DNA of 64,000 bases from Octopus vulgaris (taxonomy: Eukaryota). Both the position numbers and the translations under genes were made by a program. Where the stretch lies: NCBI GenBank assembly GCA_951406725.2, contig OX597827.1, positions 29,078,001 through 29,142,000 on the forward strand, in the 5' to 3' direction. The notes below the pieces were generated by a model. The model was not told the DNA's origin. It did not search any database and saw only the letters and a program-made list of their open reading frames with translations. Below, one piece after another: positions 58,410 through 64,000 of this stretch (position 1 is the stretch's first letter; each line of letters opens with the position of its first letter).

Positions 58410-59179
58410 CATGTATATATATATGTATATATGTATAACAAAGATACACAGAAAAATCATCATACATACAGACACAAATATGTGTAAGTGTGATGTTTTT
58501 AACAATGGAAGAAGTTTTAAACTGAAAGTCGAAAATGCTCGAAGTTTATGAAGTGAAGAAAAGTGGTGATAAAGATAGACAACAACGTTAAAATGTCTGC
58601 AGGATTTGAACGAGTGCCCAGAAGACGGTGTCGAAGAAACTGCTATAACCCATGGAATGTATTACGTATCTTGTACAGTCCAGAGAGGGTATTAGATAAC
58701 TGCTCTAATCCATGAAAGAGGTTAAATGATAGAGCTGAAGCGGTAAAAACCAAGACGTATACGCATGTAGGGCAGAAGAGCAAGAATATGGTGGAGGGAA
58801 ATGGCCATCATTTGAGAGTAAGTGGCGGAGCGGGAATCGGCACAAAATGTCTCTTATGATGGGTTGGGGAGGGGGTTAACAAGCTAAGATTGATTAGTGG
58901 TCAATCAGAAGTGCCAGGGTGAGGGATAGAAGAGAAAAAGGTGATTGAAAACTGTCATAGATGAATGTATGTGTACATATGTTTCTACCTATGTGTGCAA
59001 GTATGTGTGCGCGCAAATGTGTACGCAAGTGAGTGTGTGTATTGGTATGTGTGGCGGTTTTAAGTGTGAGTGTATGAGGGATGTATCTATGTGCCAGTGT
59101 GTGTATGTGCGTGCATATGTATGTATGTATGTATGACAAAAATGTATGTGTGGGTTTATCAGTGAGGATATGCGCATGA

Positions 59180-59540
59180 ATCGTGGCACTCCGTCGGTTC
59201 CTGTTGATCCGATCAACGGAACAGCCTGCTCGTGAAATTAACGTACACTCTACAGACACGTGTACCCTTAACGTAATTCTCTGAGGAGATTCAGTGCGAC
59301 ACAGAGTGTGACAAGGCTGGCCTTGTGAAATACCAAATCCACTCACAAAGCTGTCAGAAACGGGAAGAAAGAGAAGAAAGATTGAGAGAAAGTTGTGGTG
59401 AAGGAGTACAGTAGGGTTCGCCACCAGCCCGTGCCGAAGCGTCGACGAGATTTAGGGTTGGGAATCCCGGTCTGGGAATTGAAACCGCGATCCTATGACT
59501 GCGAGTCCTTCGCCCTAACCACTGGGACGTTGCACCTCCA
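59180..59540 (-). mobile_element. tRNA-type SINE (composite of the 18545-type head and family-3 tail)
   Basis: Minus-strand head GTGGTTAGGGCGAAGGACTCGCAGTCATAGGATCGCGGTTTCAATTCCC. Confidence 0.65.
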
Positions 59541-59789
59541 CATGCGCATGAATATATGAAGAATATATGCATGAGGGTACCGGTACATATATGTGTGTGT
59601 GTGGTGGGGTATGTGTCTGTGAGTGTATATGTGTGTGTGAAGCATGCACGTGTGAGAGTGCGTGTGTACTTGTGTGTGAGTGAGAAACAAGTGTACATGT
59701 GTATATCCATGTGTGTTGAGGTACAAGAGGAGTGTAATTGACATACAAGCAAGTTAGCAAAAATGAGTTTAGGAAGTTAGTCCTAGAGG

Positions 59790-60390
59790 TATGTAAGTTT
59801 TGAGAAAGATGGTAAGCACCTTTCACCTCTGGTCTTAAGTAAAGGGGGTCTAGTGCTGCAGGCTAAACCTAAGACAAGAAGGTGTTGAAAGGTGTGGTCG
59901 GAGCATCTGAAATGTCAAGAGACAGCTGACCCAGTCCTACGACGGATGACTTAGAGGTTCTCCGCTGAACTGTTGGGCAGTGGGAACATTGGAGCTCATA
60001 TACGAAGCTATTGGAGATGCATCGGAAAGAGTGCGTAATGTGGAAGGAGCAGTGGTTACGTCCGGCGAAGATGGTGAAGTTGGAAAGAAAGGATAGGTGT
60101 GGCTGCGTAGACAGGAATAACGAAGGGATTCAGAAATGGGATGGGGTGTATGAGAGGAAGATCTACGGACAAGGATGCAGCGGTGCTTATGGGTACGTTT
60201 AAAGGAAGTAATTGATGAGAGAGGGAAGAAACGCGAGATAGCAGGGATGATTGTGCATTATAGGAGCAAAGTCACACGGTGATACTAGAAGGAGAAAAGA
60301 TTGCAGTGTGTTGGGTTACGGACGTGGATGAAAGTTGTGATCCGTGGTATGGGAAGAGTAAAGGACAGATCAGAACAATTGTGAATCCAA
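59790..60390 (-). pseudogene. Highly decayed PLE GIY-YIG region
   Basis: Minus-strand peptide FHITHSFRCISNSFVYELQCSHC..HFRCSDHTFQHLLVLGL resembles a Neptune-type endonuclease. Confidence 0.45.
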
Positions 60391-60869
60391 CACTAACCAC
60401 TTCATCGAAGAACTGTATACTCAAAACCATTTAAACCCTGACCATCCTTCATTTGATCCTATTTACAGAGAACTCGGTGTTACGTTATAAATCGTGTGCA
60501 ATTTGAGGGGAAATTGGCTTCTAGGTCGAGTCAGCAGGTCGAGTCAGGTCGAGTCAGCACATATGATTTTCTTAATTGGCTGACAATGAGACGCGATTTA
60601 AGGGCGATTTAAGCTCTACTTTTATTATGTAATTAGCTATGCACATATTCCTTCACTGTGATTGAACTGGCACAAGTTTGATCTACTCTCCTGATAGACT
60701 TAAGTTGCATGCTTCGAGTTTAAATATCGCTCTAAAGATGATTTAAGTTCACTTTTCATTTTGCTAGAGTAATTAGCAGTTATGATAATCAAATTCACTA
60801 TAATACTCCATCTCAGTAAAATGTCTCATCTTATAACTTAATGTGGAAAACAAATGTTGCCTGCATGTA

Positions 60870-61077
60870 TACGAGGGTTTGGGGAAAGGCTCCGGGCTTT
60901 CAGTAGAAGAAAATACAGGGGGATCAGTTAATTATGATTATATTCAATATGTCCCCCTTCTCAGATTTACACACTTATTGTAACGGTCCTCCAGCTTTTC
61001 TGAAACAACTCAGGGGTGGGGCTCAAACCACGCTTTTCGCGATATCCTTAAAGCCAGGCACTTTTTAGCACTCCCTC

Positions 61078-61080
<3 letters not shown>
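60870..61080. mobile_element. mariner-type MITE (same family as 12611-12829)
   Basis: TACGAGGG.. / ..AAAGCCAGGCACTTTTTAGCACTCCCTCGTA. Confidence 0.75.
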
Positions 61081-61122
<42 letters not shown>

Positions 61123-61127
<5 letters not shown>

Positions 61128-61435
61128 GAAAATCCTAAATATACAGAAATGAAAAATAAAATAATACTTCAATAATTAAATACTTTAAAATTGAATAAAA
61201 TGCACGAAGCTATTACAAGTCATTAAACTGTAATCAAAATAAGAAATGTTTCAAATATAGACAAACTCCTTAGATAAGCTAACCATATAATAAATATACA
61301 TGTGTAGTGTCTATAGATTTAATATAACAATCTATAACTTGTAATAGCTTTGTGTATTTTATTTAATTTTAAAGTATTTAATTATTGAAGTATTATTTTA
61401 TTTTTCACTTATGTATATTTAGGATTTTCATATAT
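61123..61435. mobile_element. AT-rich foldback/MITE with ~100-bp arms between TA repeats
   Basis: ATGAAAATCCTAAATATACA..GCTATTACAAGT pairs with ACTTGTAATAGC..TGTATATTTAGGATTTTCAT. Confidence 0.75.
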
Positions 61436-62129
61436 ATATATATTGGAAGGTTTGGAGATGATGTACAAGTATTTTATATTAGAAGAAATGAGATACTCAG
61501 AAAATCGAATGGTTTTATATTTACAGATATTTATTTGTATATTACATGTTTTTATACATCATATAACTTAGATCATGTATTAGCGCTTTCTCCCATTCTA
61601 GTGGGGTCTTCAAATCAAACTAAGTTCCTGTGTGAAAAGTGTTGACCATTTTATAGTGGTATTGAGTTTGTAGTGGTGGGGAGGAATATAAGACTGTACA
61701 AGAGGGTGATGGATGAGGAGAAAGTGAGAGAGAGAGAGAGCATGTGTGTGTGTGTGTGCTTTTGTATTTGGAATGAGTGCTAAAGAAAAAGAGGGGAAGG
61801 GAGAGGGAAGAAGAAGAAAATAATTTTTTTGCTCTGCTGGACGGCATGCTTACTCCAAGAGGGTTCTAAGATCTTGGGGAAAAAGAATTTCAGTTTTGAC
61901 CATTTCATAGTGTTATTGAGTGTGTGATGGCGGGGAGGTAGACCATAAATTATATTTCCTTTTTATCGTTGTGAGAGAGAGAGAGAGAGAGTGTATGTGT
62001 GTGTGTGTGTTCAATGAGGGATGGTCAAATGGTTTTTTGGAGTTTAGAGAAGAAGAATTCTTTTTATTATTGTTTTGTGGAGGTGTATGTGTGGGAGGTG
62101 TCTGTGAGTTGGAACAAAAGTCAAGGTAG

Positions 62130-62325
62130 ATAATGCTAAAATAATTTTATAAAAAACATTTCGGTACCGGTTTCAGTCATTGAGACTTTTCAACTGTAAG
62201 TATGGAAAACAATTAAACTGTGGAAACATTAAATGCACATATTTTTTTAAAGAATATTTGCTTAGTATTCAAATACAAGGGGCGTTTTCCTTGTTTCTGC
62301 CTGTCTCTGTCTCTCTTGTTTACTA
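62130..62325 (-). mobile_element. Short ORF-less repeat with U3-A8 hammerhead motif (62162-62196), copy 2
   Basis: Minus strand CAGTTGAAAAGTCTCAATGACTGAAACCGGTACCG; flanks match 52170-52385. Confidence 0.65.
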
Positions 62326-62385
62326 TTGTGGGTTCGAGGTCGTTGTGTGTTCAGAGAAGCAGAAGAAGAGTGGAAGGAGGAGGAG

Positions 62386-62520
62386 AAAGAAGAAGAAGAA
62401 AAAGAAGAAGAAGAAGAAGAAGAAGAAGAAGAAGAAGAAGAAGAAGAAGAAGAAGAAGAAGAAGAAGAAGAAGAAGAAGAAGAAGAAGAAGAAGAAGAAG
62501 AAGAAGAAGAAGAAGAAGAA
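62386..62520. repeat. (GAA)n microsatellite
   Basis: Direct reading. Confidence 0.97.
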
Positions 62521-63369
62521 TGCGGATGTGGTATGATAGTAGTAGGGTGTATATGTATATACATATATATACCGACCATGTAGGATTTGAGTTCAGCAAA
62601 ATGGCATTCCAGAATTGGTAATTTATGTGTCCTGGTTCGGAACTAACTCGACATCAGTGGAAAAAAATTACAGGTTAAAAGGGATTTTCAAATGCAAAAG
62701 TGTTCAATGAAAATTACAAATTGCATAGTGTGTTGAATATCTGGTCACAAGGACACCCACCTGCCATCTATTGTTGGTAGATTCGATTAAGTTACGTAGC
62801 AATCTCAATTATTCAATACCCCCTGTCTATTTACAATTTCATTATTTTTTTTTGTTGCAATTATTTGAGTTGAGTATCTTTTATATTATACATCGAATAC
62901 ATTGATTCAGCAATTTCCATCATTTATATTTGCAGCCCCTACATTTTCAAGTACATCAGACAATCACTTCACTTTGCATTGTATCCGATAAGCAACATCT
63001 CTCTTATTTACTGTATCCATCAATCGTTTTAACGGTACAGATTTTTCAAGTATGTAGAGATTCGCTTTACAAAGTATTCTATCCGGTTGCCAATATGAGT
63101 TTCTATTTAGAAAATAATTAAATACATAATGAACAGAGTGATCAGAACGGGAACTATTGTGTGATGATAATGTAATGAGGAAGGAGGTTAGATAAAAGCT
63201 TTCGTTGTTAACATAAGGTAAGTATCCAGCTTCCAATCTTCGTTTTAACAATAAAAAATAAAATAACATTAGCGATGCTCTGATATAAAAACGAAACGAT
63301 CTTACTCTGGTAAGTGATTTAGAAGTTACTATGTGGAAGATTGTTTGCTTACAGAGGATTCCTTTTGTT

Positions 63370-63870
63370 TTCCTTCCCTCCCTCGCTTTTCTTTTAGATT
63401 CCGTAATATATCGATTGTAAGAACCATGTTTCACATTGTACTCATGGCTGACCGATTTCAAACATATTCAGTCTAAATGATCGCCCAGTCATCCTCAGTT
63501 GGGTGTCCTCAGTATTGCTGTCCATTCAAGGTGGGGTACTTTAACAGACTATTCTTTTGAACTCATAAAGATTTTACAAACTGATATAGCTATCTTTCCA
63601 TTCTTTCTTCCTATAGTGACCTCCCCACATATACAAAACTCCACACAACAACGTTTTACTTTCGCAGAAGTGAAATTCTTCAGGGTTTCTTCTATTCCTA
63701 CATTTTCTCTGGTAATGTTCAAAACGAGAAACCAATTAAATCGAGTTCACCAACCTGCAAGTTCAATGTTAAAGGCAATGACCTTCTCCTTTATACTAAT
63801 TAGTAAATCTATAAATGAAGGAGAGATATGTGTCATAAGTTTGTATACTTCTCTGATGTATAAATGACAA
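63370..63870 (-). pseudogene. Possible highly decayed PLE coding remnant
   Basis: Minus-strand SFIDLLI (cf. PFLDxLI) and weak endonuclease-like fragments; many stops. Confidence 0.25.
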
Positions 63871-64000
63871 GAAAATAAAAATTATTCTCTCATAGAAACA
63901 AGTCGTTTTAGTTTATCAACACCGTAAAATTAATTCTTTCCTTTGCTATTTAAGGAATCGATAAAAACAAATGCCAACATTCTTCCACATGATCACTTCT

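Overview
AT-rich, microsatellite-dense eukaryotic DNA. No host protein-coding gene can be supported, and almost everything is transposon-derived. The SINE families resemble those I know from Octopus, which is an inference. Main content: three APE-RT LINEs of the CR1/L2-like group, all sitting in (TA)n. One (25036-29025) looks intact, with an ORF1 carrying a Myb/SANT(trihelix)-like domain plus a CCCH finger, and faces a closely related truncated copy across about 5.4 kb of (TA)n. Also present: an IR-DR Tc1 element nested in a foldback element, mariner/maT remnants and MITEs, L1/Tx1 fragments, several Penelope-like element (PLE) remnants and many tRNA-type SINEs. The most notable signal not explained by the ORF track is about a dozen hammerhead-ribozyme (HHR) motifs read by eye. 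One is fully canonical (24009-24057) and several are recurrent core variants (U3-A8, A6U, A9C). They lie in PLE 3' repeats and in small ORF-less, often hairpin-shaped elements next to TA microsatellites, suggesting a set of non-autonomous, ribozyme-bearing (retrozyme-like) elements that use (TA)n as a landing pad. All folds and alignments were done by eye and need computational and biochemical confirmation.
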